Below are positions 49,801 to 62,342 of a stretch of DNA of 64,000 bases, piece after piece (the first letter of the stretch is position 1; every line of letters starts with the position of its first letter). Below the pieces are notes generated by a model. That model was not told the DNA's origin and ran no database searches. It worked only from the letters and a program-made list of their open reading frames with translations. The DNA comes from Bispira polyomma (taxonomy: Eukaryota). The position numbers were made by a program, and so were the translations under genes. Where the stretch lies: NCBI GenBank assembly GCA_965649765.1, contig OZ287751.1, positions 67,518,001 to 67,582,000 on the forward strand, in the 5' to 3' direction.

Positions 49801-52800
49801 TCTTGTGCTGTTTGCATTAACAAATCTTTTTTAAAAGTTTCCAAAACCTCAATAGATGGTTACTGTACAAACTCTTTAGCACTAGCCATTTTGAGCACTG
49901 TTGACTGTAATATATTTTCCAGCAAAATAAATGATTTTTCAAAAGCTAATTAAATAGTTAGATCAAATGGTTGTATCCCGGACGAGCCCCAATTTTCCTG
50001 TTACGGTCACGGGAGCAAGCACAGTAGCAATTACCGGTTGCTTTCAAGTTGCAACAGGAAAAGACAAATGTTTCACTCAACATATTTATTTAACAATAAA
50101 AATAACAATTACACAATTACACAATTTCAGAATTACAGTCAACTGAGATACTCTTAATAGTTCATACAATAATACAATCATACAATAATGAAACCAATCT
50201 GACCTGACCACAGTCCTGTCCATGAAAATAACAATTATACAAGTTTGTCCATTGTATCCAGCAATCTGTCTTGAGATCCGCTCGGTGTCCACAAAATGCC
50301 AGTATCCTGTTATCCGTTTTGGTGTCATTATATGTAACATACTGTAGCAGTAGATGTTTATTAAAATTATTTACTTACAAGAATTAGCTTTGCTATTCAA
50401 GGTCAAACTAAACAACGGTCAGACAGAGACTAAAAATAATCATTTTTTAACCCTAAAATACACAGTAATATTTTGGTTGTTGCTTTTTATACACATATAA
50501 ATTCGATATCAAAAGACTTTAAGCGTTTACATTGTCATAATGCATGTTTTTTTAAGTCTTAGTTGTTTACATATTACTATCTATTGTCAAATGGTCTATA
50601 TTTGTATAGAAAATCTGTGAAAAACTATTTCTGTGAAATCAAATTCTTTTGGCTTTGTGCAGTAGTCAGACTTATTGATAAGATCAAAGTTTATATTCTC
50701 CTAAATAACAGGGTGTATGGTGTTATTCATAAGTACAAAATGTATACAAGTAACCTATCATAAATTTGTAGAACTTTGAGCAACAGATACAACAATGTTA
50801 TGGATACTCCTTAAAATATTAGACATTATAAAGCAGAATCTCTATTACTTGAAATGCATTTTAATCGAAATTAATTGGAAAACATAAATTCGAGGGACTG
50901 AAAATGTGTTTACAAAATGGAGTAGTTAGATAAATGGTTGGATGATAGAAATTCTACTGTATAAACTCACGTAATTCACTATTATCAGTTTTCAGTTTTA
51001 ATTTTCTTCTAGTTTGAAGTTGGTGACCGAGTGAAAGTGGACAAGGATCTTGCACGTGCTAAGGACCTCCAAACAGGCCATGGAGGGTGGGCCCCTGGCA
51101 TGGAAAAGGTTTGGCATAGTATATAGTCTGTTGTATAGTTTTGTACCGCAGAGGTAAGAACTTTTAGCACTGAGAAGAAGTGATCTTTCTCTCTGACTAT
51201 TTTTGCATTTTGATAAATTTAAAATTGCACTAATTTTAATCATCAATGAACACAATATTTTTAATTGAATATTTCCAAAATCTCTTGTACAAGTTTTATG
51301 TAAAGAAAATAGTATTCTATTAAATTGGACAATATCATTCCTGTGATATCTGTATTCTGGATTTTTAACCTCAAAAGTATCTTGATTTGAAGCACTTTGA
51401 CAAGGCATTTTGCTTCATAGCAACCACTCAAGTAAGTCCTGTGAGGCTAAATATTATCAAATAAATATATTGCAATGCTATCATAGTTTATTGGCATGTG
51501 TATTGTAAACCTTGTGTTGAATCATAATGCCAAAAATACGTTATTTTTATGAAACTATTTGTGAAAATTTACATTTTAGAGATATGGTCTGCTGTGCCCT
51601 TTTTGTTATAACAAACTTGAGACTTTGTCTCAGCTGAGACTAAAGTTTTGGTCTCAGTCTTAAGATATGTTTATAAAATCTGCATATTTTTGCAATGTGA
51701 TTCTGTTTTCAGTGAAACCTACTTTGAAAGGACAAGGAAACAAACAAATCAGGCAACTAATAAACATGGGTTAAAACATGAACATACTGGGGCAGGTAAA
51801 AATAAAGGGAGCATGGGATATACCAAATCGGGCACAGTATTTTATTTTGCATTTTTAACACACTGTATTGATGCGATGCATCTTTTAAACTTCACTAACA
51901 CAATCAGTAAAATAATCGAGAAGTCCCAAAACATAGCTAGGTTGTAAGGAAGGCTGTGGTGGTTTACATTGGGAAAATGAGAGGGGGGGGGGGGTAAGGT
52001 AGTATGAAAGATAGATTCAAAGTTTTCTCCTTAACCAAGAAAGTGTTTCTAGCGATCTAATATCAACTGGGAGATTATGCCATAACGTAGGGGCGATTGA
52101 GAAAGGTCTACATCTAGCCCTATCAGTGAGGTTTACAAGGAAAACAGAGAGCCTCTGTCCTCTCTTAAAGTTATTGGCAGGAGGGTTGTTGAGTGACGTT
52201 GAGTGTTGATGTGGGTTTTAATGGGTCAAAAGTTGGTAATGCATGGGAAGCTAGTGTAACTTTTTAAAATGTGGAAGTACATCAGTACATATGCAGATGC
52301 CTAGGTGAAGATTGACCATCATAAATTGAAAGGAAGATTTCATAATACACTGTCATGCAACCACTTGACTATCGAAGTATTTTCAGAGGCACTTTCCCAA
52401 AAGATTCTCTTTTCTTTTGCATAGGAAAAGGTCAGTAGATTACGGTTTCACCCCTGTGTATAGTGTATTGGTTGATTTGTTTGTTACTTAGCTGAATTAT
52501 GCAAACACCATTGAACCAATGTAGAACCAAACATTGTAGAAGTCTAGGACATGAGCCAAGGAAGTAACCATTTCATAATAAGGTAGCACAATATCTTGCT
52601 GCATAAATATGGATTTAGCTAAGTGAGTATAATGAGTACAAGTATGTGTGGTTGAATATGTATTATTTAAATGGGTACATTGTAAATTGTACCTCAAAAA
52701 CTACTGGGAAAAAGGTGTTGATATGCAATCAGATGCTAGTGGATGGCTGACTTTGAGGTTGATATCTGTATCTAAAGCACAGATATGATACCCTTCAAAC

Positions 52801-55800
52801 TCTAACATTCGTCCACTACTGTTTTTGTTTAAACCTACTTTTTAATTTGGTTTTCCAGTACTTGGATGAAGAAGGCCAAGTGAAGGAAATCAAGGGGAAT
52901 ATTGTCAGAATCCAGTTTCCTAATGGACAGTCGTGAGTGTAGTACAGAACATTCTCCAGAATTTGAAAAAAAAACATTCAGTGGAACCTCATTATCACTT
53001 TTTTGAAAGGCAAATAGAATGAAATAATGGAGGTATTTTTTATATGAAATAGATAAGGAAAATATAAATTTGGGAGAGTGAAAATGTCTTCATTAAATCA
53101 AATATATTTGGATAAAAATAATTGAGGATCTTCTGTATGGATATATGGACTAGAGTTTGGGTTGATAGACTTCCGTTCTTTTATTTATACTCAGGACTTA
53201 ACCAAATACATATTATTTTGGTAATCTCTCTTTAATCTTTCTTTAATTTTTATGCACATTTGTTTTTGTACTCCACATTCAATGACTCAGCCTATGGAGA
53301 GTATACATTCAATAGTTGGTGCTATTGAATGTATACTCTCCACAGATAAATCATTGAATGTACACATTTCACAGTTAAGCCATTGAATTTACACATTCAA
53401 TAGTTGGTGCCATTGAATGTATACATTTAATGGTTATCTACTTTCAATACAACATATATATACACATGTTTATATAAGAACTTTTATTATCTGAACATGC
53501 TGTAGAACACGAATTTGCATGCATAATGCTATTCATAAAATAGAAAAATTTTAAGTGTAGTAAAATCTGCATAACATCTGCAGAGAGAGCTTGTAAACCA
53601 CGAAATGTTTGGATAATAGAGGTCTTATTTTACCGTGTGTTGCTTTGTTACAGACTTCGATACAACGCTATGTTACTCACCAAGTTGGGTCCAGCTGGGA
53701 AATCGTCGCCAGGAAAACTTGTTAAGGGCAAGTTTAAGAGGTATGAATCTCTTTAGTTTTTACATGGGTATGAGTAGCATGTGCACGAGTGATACATCAC
53801 AGATATTGGTCACTGACCACATACCTTAGGGATACACAGCATACATTGTCTACAGAGAATATTGTGGTTCCAGTAAAGCCATTCAAAAAACCCCATTGCC
53901 CTTGTTAAGTAGAAATATTTAAATAGAGTTTTGTGGGGTTCAACTGTGTATATATGACGTTTTCACTCAATTATGGGTATCCCCTTTTGAATATTTCACA
54001 CATTTGGTTTTGAAAAATGTTTGTATTTTACTGCCTTCTGTGAATATCAGTTCACTTCCTAAAATATATAATGTCATATATGTATATTCAAAACATACTT
54101 TAAATTGTTAACATAAATTTGAGCCATAAACCAAGGGATTAGAGTCCAAAACACATCCAGCCAAGTTCAGCAACATGGGACTTATGTCTTTTCCTGAATT
54201 CTCAAAGTGTAATTGTGCTCTAATCTCTGCTCGGAGGTTCCTTAATAAAATGGGTTGTTAGCTTAGAGTGTAACAATATATTGAAAAATCAATCCCCGTC
54301 TCCCCCCCCCCCCAAAAAAAAAAAAAAACAAACAAAAAAAAAACAAAACAATTGGACAAAATTGGAAAAGCTTGCAATACCTGTGCATAACAGACAACTA
54401 AGATTATATTATATTTGGTTTCTTTTTCTGTGTTTAAAGGTTGGACATTGTAAAGTTCAAGGCCACAGAATCGCAGGTCAGGAAGGCTCAAGAAGGTCAC
54501 GGAGGATGGAACGACAGGATGACAAATGTAGGTGGAAGGGTTTTACTGAAGATTAGTTTATATTGTATTAACCACATACTGTAATTTGTAGGTACATAAG
54601 TATACAAGTTATCTATTGATATCATTTTATTAACAACATACAGTAAACACCTCTGAATAGTGAACAGCTATGAATAGTAAACACCTTTGAATAGTGAACA
54701 CTTTAGAATAGTGAGCACCTCTGGACATACTTCTGAAAAGTAATCACCTCTGAATAATGAACACTGTAGAATAGTGAACACCTCTGAATAGTGAATACCT
54801 CTGAATAGTGAACACCTCCGATGACATATTGTAATTTGTAAAAACATAAGTGTTACAACATATGTATTGTTAACATTTTAAAAACTGCATACTGTAATTT
54901 GTAAACACATATGACATTTTAACAACCAAACATGAGAAAAATGGCCATGTCACTACAAAGCAAGTTACTGACGAATCTGAAAATAGTGAACCAGTCACTA
55001 GTTAGTGGTCTACTGGATTCCATCTTCAGTGGGCAGTAATCACACCGGCGGTGACATTATATAAGTAGAAACTATACCTTTGCAAACATCATTTTATATA
55101 ATTTTAACAACAATGAAGATCATGGCTTCACAATTCAATGCGATTTATTCTAAATAGCATATTTTATTTAATTTTTATATGGTTTTCGCAGTATTTTAAC
55201 TGCCATCAAATTGTGGTTATATATTGCTAGTAAATCCCCAGATTTTCAGCCAATCGTGTCTAACCTACAACTATATGCTGATAGGCTCACAACAGCTTTC
55301 AGAGACGGCCATTTTATAGATTTTGAAACAATATTTTAAAATGTGTACATCTCAGTATGGGCGGAATTTAATTTTGTAAAATTGTAGAAAGTGTATAAAT
55401 TTCTCTTTGTAGTCATATAAATCTTAAAATTGTAGCTTTATTGTTAATTTGTTCATTTTTGGAAACAGAAACGTGAGAGATCTGCTTTTGCTATAAAATT
55501 GCTGTTTCGACTTTTTGATTAATTTTGCGTCTTCGTAAGAATAAATTAGCAAGAGGATATCGATCGCACTACCGCGCATGTTCGGAAGATCACGTGTTCT
55601 TACTGCATACTCTAATTTTCATTCACAAAAACTTTCCATAAATGGATGGAGTTGAGATCACTTAATTTATTTCACGAAGATGGAAAATTGTGATAGAACT
55701 GAAGAACCAGAAATGGACTGTAATGAACCCTTCAATCAAATCTGGCGATCCCCAAAACAGAAAAATGGACGACACAAAACAGACCCCATATGTACGCCAA

Positions 55801-58800
55801 ATATGAAACCTGAAATCCTTTTAAGTTCAGAGATTACCCTGTCGAAATTTACCCATGTTCTTCCACTATAACCCCCATCTTCATGGTAAAGCATGAGAAT
55901 GCTAATAAGCATTGGCAGTCATCATGCAAAAACTGTAAATTGTTAATCCATAACTTATCACATGTTATACTAATTTCTAAGCTTAATATATAAAGTTTCA
56001 TACTTCTGAATCTAATCAATTTACCACCTGTCATGTCAGAACCATGACTTACTACACTTTTTGAGGGCTAAAATAAACGCCTGCTGTCTTATAATAAGTT
56101 GAAGAAAACACCAGTGAACGTCATCGGCAATTCTAAACAGTGGTTGGGAATTCTGAATGAGGGTTAGCAATTCTAAATGGTGGTTAACAGCGCTGAACGG
56201 TTTTACTGCACAAAGGGGGAAGTATTACTAAACATCATTCAGAATTTTCAACCCTTCAGATTTATCAACGGCCGTGTTTAATATTTCTGCTGCTTTTTAA
56301 GCATTCGCAAATATAAATATAGCTTATGGAGTAAAAAGAATTTGTGTAGCTATAACCGAAAATGCTGTTGTTGTGCGAGTTTGGATAATACAGCTTACAG
56401 TTGAATTGAATTTGGATATTTAACGTCCACTCTAGTACCTTTTAGTAGTTTATATTGGGACGGGTAGTTGGATACGCTGGAGGAAACACATACAGTCGGT
56501 CAAGGTTCTGCAGAGAAACCAGCGGCCCACAGCTTACAGGGTGTATGTATATGCCATATAGGGTTCCTTATTTCTGGAATAATCTCTAATTCCACATCAG
56601 GACTGCAAAGAGAAAAATCATCTTAAGTCATTGTTTTCAACCAAACTTTTCCAACATAGCCCTGATTTCCCTTGACTGAATTTTAATCTTTTTTTTTTGA
56701 TGACCTTGGCTATGATGAATTCACAATTTAAATATCTTCTTTTTATAGTGCCTTAATCTGAGGGGAGTTGTACATAGAGTGTTGGATGACGGGGATGTGT
56801 ATGTGGAATTCCTGAATGGAGACAAGTAAGTTATTAGGTTCTGTATAGACAAGGTACAAATGATAATGAGTTAATTTACGAGACTGGCAAATAAAATGTA
56901 AAATTTGTCAGTCATACAAAACATATGCAAATCCCAAGTAGGCAGGCTAAAGAACCTTCAGGCGATCAAGCCTCATTTAGGAAAAACCTTATTGGAACTG
57001 GTTAGCTCTACTTGAGTAGCCTAGGTCGATTGGTGTCTTGAATACCTGACCAAGGTGGATAAATGCAGTGAGTATAAACTTTGAATACAATAAAAATGCA
57101 ATACCTGTCCCCTGGGCCCCGCCTGTGAAAATTGTGCGGATGGTATTAGTATTGTAATATTGTTGTATATGTATTTGTATAAACAGGTGGTGTGTGAACC
57201 CTGATGGTCTCCAGCTAGTGGACACATCTGCCATAGAGATAGAGGCAGGAGACCTAGTGCTAGTGTTAGACGACAAGGAGAAAGTGAAGGCTTTACAGAA
57301 AGGGCATGGGGAGTGGGTGGAAGACATGGCACAGGTAAGATATTAGATAGGTAAAAGATAGAAGACAAGGCAGAGGTAACAGATTGAACAGGTAATTAGA
57401 GATGGCACAAGTAAGGCATGGAAGACATTGCTCATATAAGATATGGTACATGTGAGAGATGGTACAGGTAAGCCATGGTACAGGTAAGACATGATAAAGG
57501 TAAGAGATGGAACATATGGTACATTTAGGACATGGTACAGGTAAGAGATGTTACAGGTAAGACATGGTACAGATAAGAAATGTTACAGGTAAGAGATAGT
57601 CCAGGCAAGACATGATACAGGTAAGATATGGTACAGGTAAGAGGTGGCACAAGTAAGAGATGGTACATGTAAGGGATGGGATACTGTATAATGCAGTTTG
57701 ATCTACCACAGTGGATAAGAGTAAGAGATGGCACAAATATTGCATGGAAGAGTTGCACATATAAGATATGGTACATGTAAGAGATAGAAGAGAGAGTACA
57801 GGTAAGACATGGTTCAGGTAGGACATAATACAGGTAAGAGATGGAAAATATGGTACATGTAGGACATGGTACAGATAAGATATGTTACAGGTAAAACATG
57901 GTACAGATAAGAGATGTTACAGGTAAGAGATGCTAAGGTAACATTTGGTACAGGTAACATATGGAACAGGCACCAGATAGTACAGGTTAGACATGGTACA
58001 GGTAAGAGATGGAACAGGTAAGAGATGGTACAGGTGAGAGATGGTACAGGTGAGTGATGGTACAGGTAAGAGATGTTACAGGTAACACATAGTACAACTA
58101 AGAGATGGTACAGGTAAGACATGATACAGGTAAGAGATGTTACAGGTAATACATGGTACAGGTAAGATATGTTACAGGTAAGACATGGTACAGGTAAGAT
58201 ATAATACAGGTACAAGATGGCACATGTAAGAGATGGGATACTCTATAATGCAGTATGATTTACCACAGTGGATATTAATGATCTGTTGTCAAACCCCTGT
58301 ATCCATTGATCTTGTACATAAATATGTATTCTCTGTCATGGGTTTATTGTGGGTTTTTATCAATGGTAATTATCAAATTTACATAGATGTTTAAATTGGT
58401 AAATAACTATCTTTGTAGTAAGCGTAAAACTAAAATAAAATAATAATAATAAAAATGGTAGCCAATTTATCTATGTGGTTGCCCTACCCCTGCAGTGTCT
58501 TGGTGTATCTGGAGTGGTTAGAAAAGTGGGCGTTAATGACGTGGCTGTGGTCGAGATATCACGCACCAAGTGGACCTGGAACACCAAAGCCTTGAGACTG
58601 GTGGCAAAAGGAGGTGAGTAGTGGTCTTTGTACAGGATACATCCTCTAGATCAGTCACACTTCTAGTCTTCAAATATTTATTCATATGATGAACATCATT
58701 TCTATTCTCCAAAATGTGGTCTTTTTAATAGTAAATAGTATTTTAAAGCAAAGGTCTTTGTGGGCCGGTAATTGCTTTATACAGGTGGTATTTCTTTCTG

Positions 58801-59233
58801 GTTTGGCTGTATGTCCCATTTGCTAATCTGCTTTTCACCAACATATTTTATGAAATCATAACATTTTCAGCTGGCATAAAATCTTATTTAATTTACAATT
58901 TCTTTTGAAGTTTGCTGAAATAATTTTTTTTAGTTCAAGCGTCTGAATGTGCCCCTGTAGTCCCTACCACAGCAGCTACATAACGAAAATTTGAGCCCAA
59001 AGCAAAGCTAATAATAGTTTTCCATCAGTCAAACCACCAAAAATTTACCAATCTAACTGATTGCTGGTTGTATTTCATGCAGTCACCAAAGGATGTAACA
59101 ATCTGACTGTTTGCTGGTCATCAAAGTCACCATTTAGTCACCAAAGGGTTTATCAATTTGACTGATTGCTAATTGCTATTTTGTTACAGAGGAAATTGTG
59201 ATGATCATGCTGGAGAAACAGTTATTGGTATAG
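37407..59233 (+). CDS. Copy B gene model: paralogous Ser/Thr kinase + linker + 3x Mind bomb REP repeats, 675 aa, 13 coding exons
   Basis: join(37407..37850,38087..38315,39769..39987,40848..41087,42015..42178,51013..51108,52859..52932,53654..53740,54440..54527,56749..56825,57187..57334,58496..58613,59190..59233) = 2028 nt, open frame. Splice sites and phases match copy A, and the only length differences are in-frame (-9 nt each in exons 2 and 4). Confidence 0.8.
38087..38315 (+). CDS. Copy B exon 2: kinase VII-IX
   Basis: atacag|EDGKEVVKIADFG...SGTLAFMAPE; GCAG|gtatag. Confidence 0.93.
38560..39710 (+). mobile_element. Degenerate L2/CR1 LINE fragment in copy B intron 2
   Basis: GVPQGSVLG, HLYADD, LKLNPD, LHWLPV. 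Confidence 0.85.
39769..39987 (+). CDS. Copy B exon 3: kinase X-XI (stop at 39995 if the donor is not used)
   Basis: ttttcag|; YEPKERI; GATG|gtttgt. Confidence 0.88.
40848..41087 (+). CDS. Copy B exon 4: acidic linker
   Basis: tttacag|GA TCT GCT...poly-Asp...MEVDLG|gtgagt. Confidence 0.85.
41088..41830 (+). repeat. ~97-bp tandem repeat derived from the exon 4 end and donor (copy B)
   Basis: gtagat motif at 41266, 41363, 41460, 41557, 41655 and 41752. Confidence 0.85.
42015..42178 (+). CDS. Copy B exon 5
   Basis: cttag|(G)YLLMRRMLEDAVR...SETGSK|gtattt. Confidence 0.85.
43085..43885 (-). mobile_element. L2/CR1 LINE 3' fragment
   Basis: ANALVSSCLDYCN, APLLWNKL and LKTYLF on the minus strand; 3' flank shared with 44485-44650. 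Confidence 0.7.
44440..45690 (-). mobile_element. L2/CR1 LINE fragment
   Basis: YTDDTQVY, LKLNPDKTEF, QGSVLGP, LDLLAAFD. Confidence 0.8.
46479..47728. repeat. Near-identical 625-bp tandem duplication within the integrase
   Basis: ORFs 46628-47017 and 47253-47642 are offset by 625 nt and differ by one residue (I/T). Confidence 0.92.
49999..50339 (-). mobile_element. 5' LTR (341 bp, TGTTAC...GTAACA)
   Basis: Inverted termini; the adjacent PBS at 49975-49991 reads TGGGGCTCGTCCGGGAT on the minus strand (tRNA-Pro type). Confidence 0.8.
51013..51108 (+). CDS. Copy B exon 6: REP1 N-half
   Basis: Reads identical to copy A exon 6; ttctag| ... |gtttgg. Confidence 0.92.
52000..52290 (-). mobile_element. 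Degenerate L2-like 3' fragment
   Basis: LHXLPM and APTLWHNLP-like motifs on the minus strand. Confidence 0.45.
52859..52932 (+). CDS. Copy B exon 7
   Basis: ttccag|YLDEEGQVKEIKGNIVRIQFPNGQS|gtgagt. Confidence 0.88.
53654..53740 (+). CDS. Copy B exon 8
   Basis: ttacag|LRYNAMLLTKLGPAGKSSPGKLVKGKFKR|gtatga. Confidence 0.87.
54440..54527 (+). CDS. Copy B exon 9: REP2 N-half
   Basis: ttaaag|LDIVKFKATESQVRKAQEGHGGWNDRMTN|gtaggt. Confidence 0.9.
54931..55927. mobile_element. ~1-kb copy-B-specific insertion with CATG termini, unclassified
   Basis: Interrupts homology with copy A ~23035; begins CATGAG and ends CATCATG; TSD not clear. Confidence 0.35.
56401..56528 (-). mobile_element. 5'-truncated SINE with 11-bp TSD ACAGCTTACAG
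   Basis: Matches 2226-2356; TSD at 56390-56400 and 56529-56539. Confidence 0.85.
56749..56825 (+). CDS. Copy B exon 10
   Basis: ttatag|CLNLRGVVHRVLDDGDVYVEFLNGDK|gtaagt. Confidence 0.9.
57187..57334 (+). CDS. Copy B exon 11
   Basis: aaacag|WCVNPDG...LQKGHGEWVEDMAQ|gtaaga. Confidence 0.92.
57335..58245 (+). repeat. Intron 11 satellite (GTACAGGTAAGA...), copy B
   Basis: Direct reading; begins at the exon 11 donor. Confidence 0.93.
58496..58613 (+). CDS. Copy B exon 12
   Basis: ctgcag|CLGVSGVVRKVGVNDVAVVEISRTKWTWNTKALRLVAKG|gtgagt. Confidence 0.9.
59190..59233 (+). CDS. Copy B exon 13: EEIVMIMLEKQLLV*
   Basis: ttgttacag|, phase 1, TAG stop. Confidence 0.75.
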
Positions 59234-62200
59234 GACACAAAAACAGGTTACACAGAAGAAACAAGAAAACAGACTCTCTCGACTTGGGACTTGGACTCCG
59301 GGTTTAGGGAAGTCATAGCCACCAATCACCTGATAGATAACAATTCTACAAAGCATGTTTATGTTACATTTGAAGTTGTAAATTTCTTAATTTGCTTTGA
59401 GTATATTACTATGCATATTTCTATATTAATTCATTTTATTACACAGTACCCCACGTATACCACTCTACTACGATAGTACATATAAAATGTTCCGTACCAC
59501 CCATGAAAATGGCTATAAAACTTAAAGTGTACCAACATTTAAACCCATTAGCATTGTTTGCTATTAAATTTATTTAAATCAGTATTGTTTGTGTCAATGT
59601 ATGATTTTTGTATAATTATGTAAATGTTTGATTTCAAATGTAAACGACCATTCTGTGTATATTTGTGGCTATTTGCAGTGCATTACTACCACACTATTAG
59701 AGCTGTTGTGCTGTCGGTGGTCTATAAAGCTGGCCATTTGTGAATACGGCTCCAATCTCAGAGAATACTTGCCACTGGAAATTTTTATTTCATACTATAT
59801 ATTCTATTGTGAGTACACTTGCCCAATGTCATAGTCTGACCTATGTTTGACCTTAAGAGACTTGCTAACCTGCTCCCAGCTAATACAACGCGAATATGGG
59901 TAGTGATTAAGTCAGGTTCTGTGATTGAATAGTAACAGGATTAACATCAGATATCGGAACATTTGTTTTAACATTGGGATTGCAGGTGATATAGTAGCCA
60001 AAACATGAATTAAGTTGTAGGTTCTTCGAATATCAAAAAAAGGTAATAATATGCATGTGTAAAAGACTACTACCATTCGGTCCCTCATATGATCAGACAA
60101 AAATTAGAAAAATCTTTATTTTAAAAATGTTCGTTATGAATTTCACACATGTTTATGTTGTTGGCTTGGATCTAATGGTGTCTAGGTACACACTATATTT
60201 TGTATTGTTTCTAAAATAATGGTCAAATCAAACATGGATGGTATCATATCGGAAGCGATTAGCAAGACCCACTGTCCTTAAAACATGCACTTGGCTAAAA
60301 TTCCCGCCTTCTTTTGACAGCAAGTTCAAGGCCAAGGGTGAGGCAGACCCCAGTACTATCCATGATTTCTGTGATAGGCAGGGTCTGAGATATACTAGCT
60401 CTGTGACATCCTAATTTGACTTCATTTTGACCTGTCGCAGGAACTTCACATTTTTTATAAATATTCTTTTATGGGTTGTAAAGTCACAGCATACTTGTCT
60501 GACCTATTTGTGACCTTTAACCTTTAGTCAAAAAAAATCTTTTCTAATCTGTATATCAAAAATTACTCATCTTATTTTTTTATATTTGGTGCAAATACTC
60601 AATAGAGTTTTTAGTATGTTTTTCCCTTTTATGGATTCATAGTGTGATTAATTCACCCTACGAGTGCTGACCTCCCTTCCTATTTTGTAACCACTTGTTC
60701 TAAACATTTTCTATACAATTTCCCCAATATATAAATTTTACAGGCTTTTTTTATAAAGCAATTACAATTGGTTTCAGTGTACCTTAGGTTACACCTTTTT
60801 ATTATAAACCACTTTGGAAAGTTCATTTTGTTTGGTTTTTAAATCCGATTGATTTACATTTTGTGCCAAGCTATGGCAGATAAATAAGTTGTTGTAAACT
60901 AAATGGAAACTAGTGTTAGTTATTAGAATATATAATTTTGTAAATAAACCATGTGAGATATGTATAAATATGTTGTATTCAGCATCAAAGTTACTCAATT
61001 TTATATCTATTATATGTGATAGGTGCTATTGGAATATATTATAGGAATATATATTTTTACTTATTTACAATCAAACCTGTTTAAATAGAACTCTATTAAC
61101 TCAATTTTCATTTGATGTGACGAGAAATATATTGTCCCACGAATGCCTTCTTTTAAAAAGTCTTCCTTGTTAAATGAAAATCCTGCCTAACTAGTGGTAT
61201 CTCTCCCAACTCCTCAAGGTTTGACTTAAAGGGGTTCAACTGTAATTATATCCAAATTAGGATACATATCATTCATTCTAAATTTATAAAAAAAACACCA
61301 TTTAATGTGTTTTGTAGATGTTTTGTAGATGTTTGGCGTTTTTTCCGTTTTTTTTATATACTCCATGTATGAACATGTATAGCTAAAAACTGCGATATAT
61401 TGTTACCAATGTGTGTTACTGATAATAGTAATTTTGTGGAAAAACAGTAGAAATAAACCAGAATCTCTGTTATCCAAACACATTTTGAGAGATCTAAATT
61501 GTTTGGATAATAGAGAAGTTGTAGCATATACAAGAGCTAGTATGAAACCGTTTATGTTCTTCAATTTCCCTTTTTGTGAACCACAGTATGTAGTCTCATT
61601 ACAAAGGCCTTTTTTAAAGTTTACCCTGTTATGCATAAATTATTCTTAAATAGGGGTATTTCTTCCCTGGATATTCAATCTTACGAAGTTCAACTTTATA
61701 TATTGGTGTAAAATAGTATTGCGAAATGTGACAGAGTGAAACTGAGTTATTTGACCTGTCCTGTATAGGCAAAAGATCTAAGTATATATATTTTATCAAG
61801 TAGTTTATGTGGATTTTATCTTTTGTGCAATTTTTCTGTAAATAAATTAGCATATACAAAGTAAAATACATGTTTATTTTGATTCCACAACCAACTAATG
61901 CAACAGTAAACTGGCCATGTCCATCACAAATATTGTATAAGTGTCTTACATTTTGCTAGACCCAGACAGTTCACTACTCTATACCCTAGATGTGACAATG
62001 TCTTAAAAAGTTGAAAAAAAGAAATTAAGTGTTACTATTAACTCTACTTTTTTCACTGTAATTTTCAATTTTTTTTTTATAAAATGTGTACTGCTCCTGT
62101 TACTATAACATTTTTGATTTTAAGAGTCAGAAATTATTTTGTATGGTCATTTTTATCATTGCGGCTAATGCTTTTGCCAGAAAAACCCTGGACAACTGCA

Positions 62201-62342
62201 ATTATATTCTACCTTTTGCTATGCCCTTGTAGCTGCCTGCCCTAATGCAATTCTTTTTTGTTTGTGGCTAAGGCCATTGTCAGTAGCCACCAGGACTACT
62301 GCACCTATTTTTTGTTTGTGGCTAATGACCTTGTCCGAAGTT

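Larger units (their letters stand above)
46400..50339 (-). mobile_element. Gypsy LTR retrotransposon remnant, Gmr1-like order gag-PR-INT, with 5' LTR and tRNA-Pro PBS
   Basis: Gag with CHYCKKPGHVMSNC knuckle, protease RDTGATQS, integrase (IIDCV, IQSDQGSNF, SQGALER); frameshifted; no RT or 3' LTR recognised. Confidence 0.9.
1270..62340 (+). repeat. Tandem segmental duplication: unit A ~1270-30630, unit B ~34430-62340
   Basis: Collinear homology of the upstream blocks, satellite, all exons, intron segments and 3' flank, ending in the LINE-derived minisatellite. Confidence 0.92.

Noticed and set aside
59440-60670. Copy-B-specific ~1.2-kb insertion in the 3' flank
   Set aside because: Probably a transposon remnant, but I could not define TIRs, a TSD or coding motifs.
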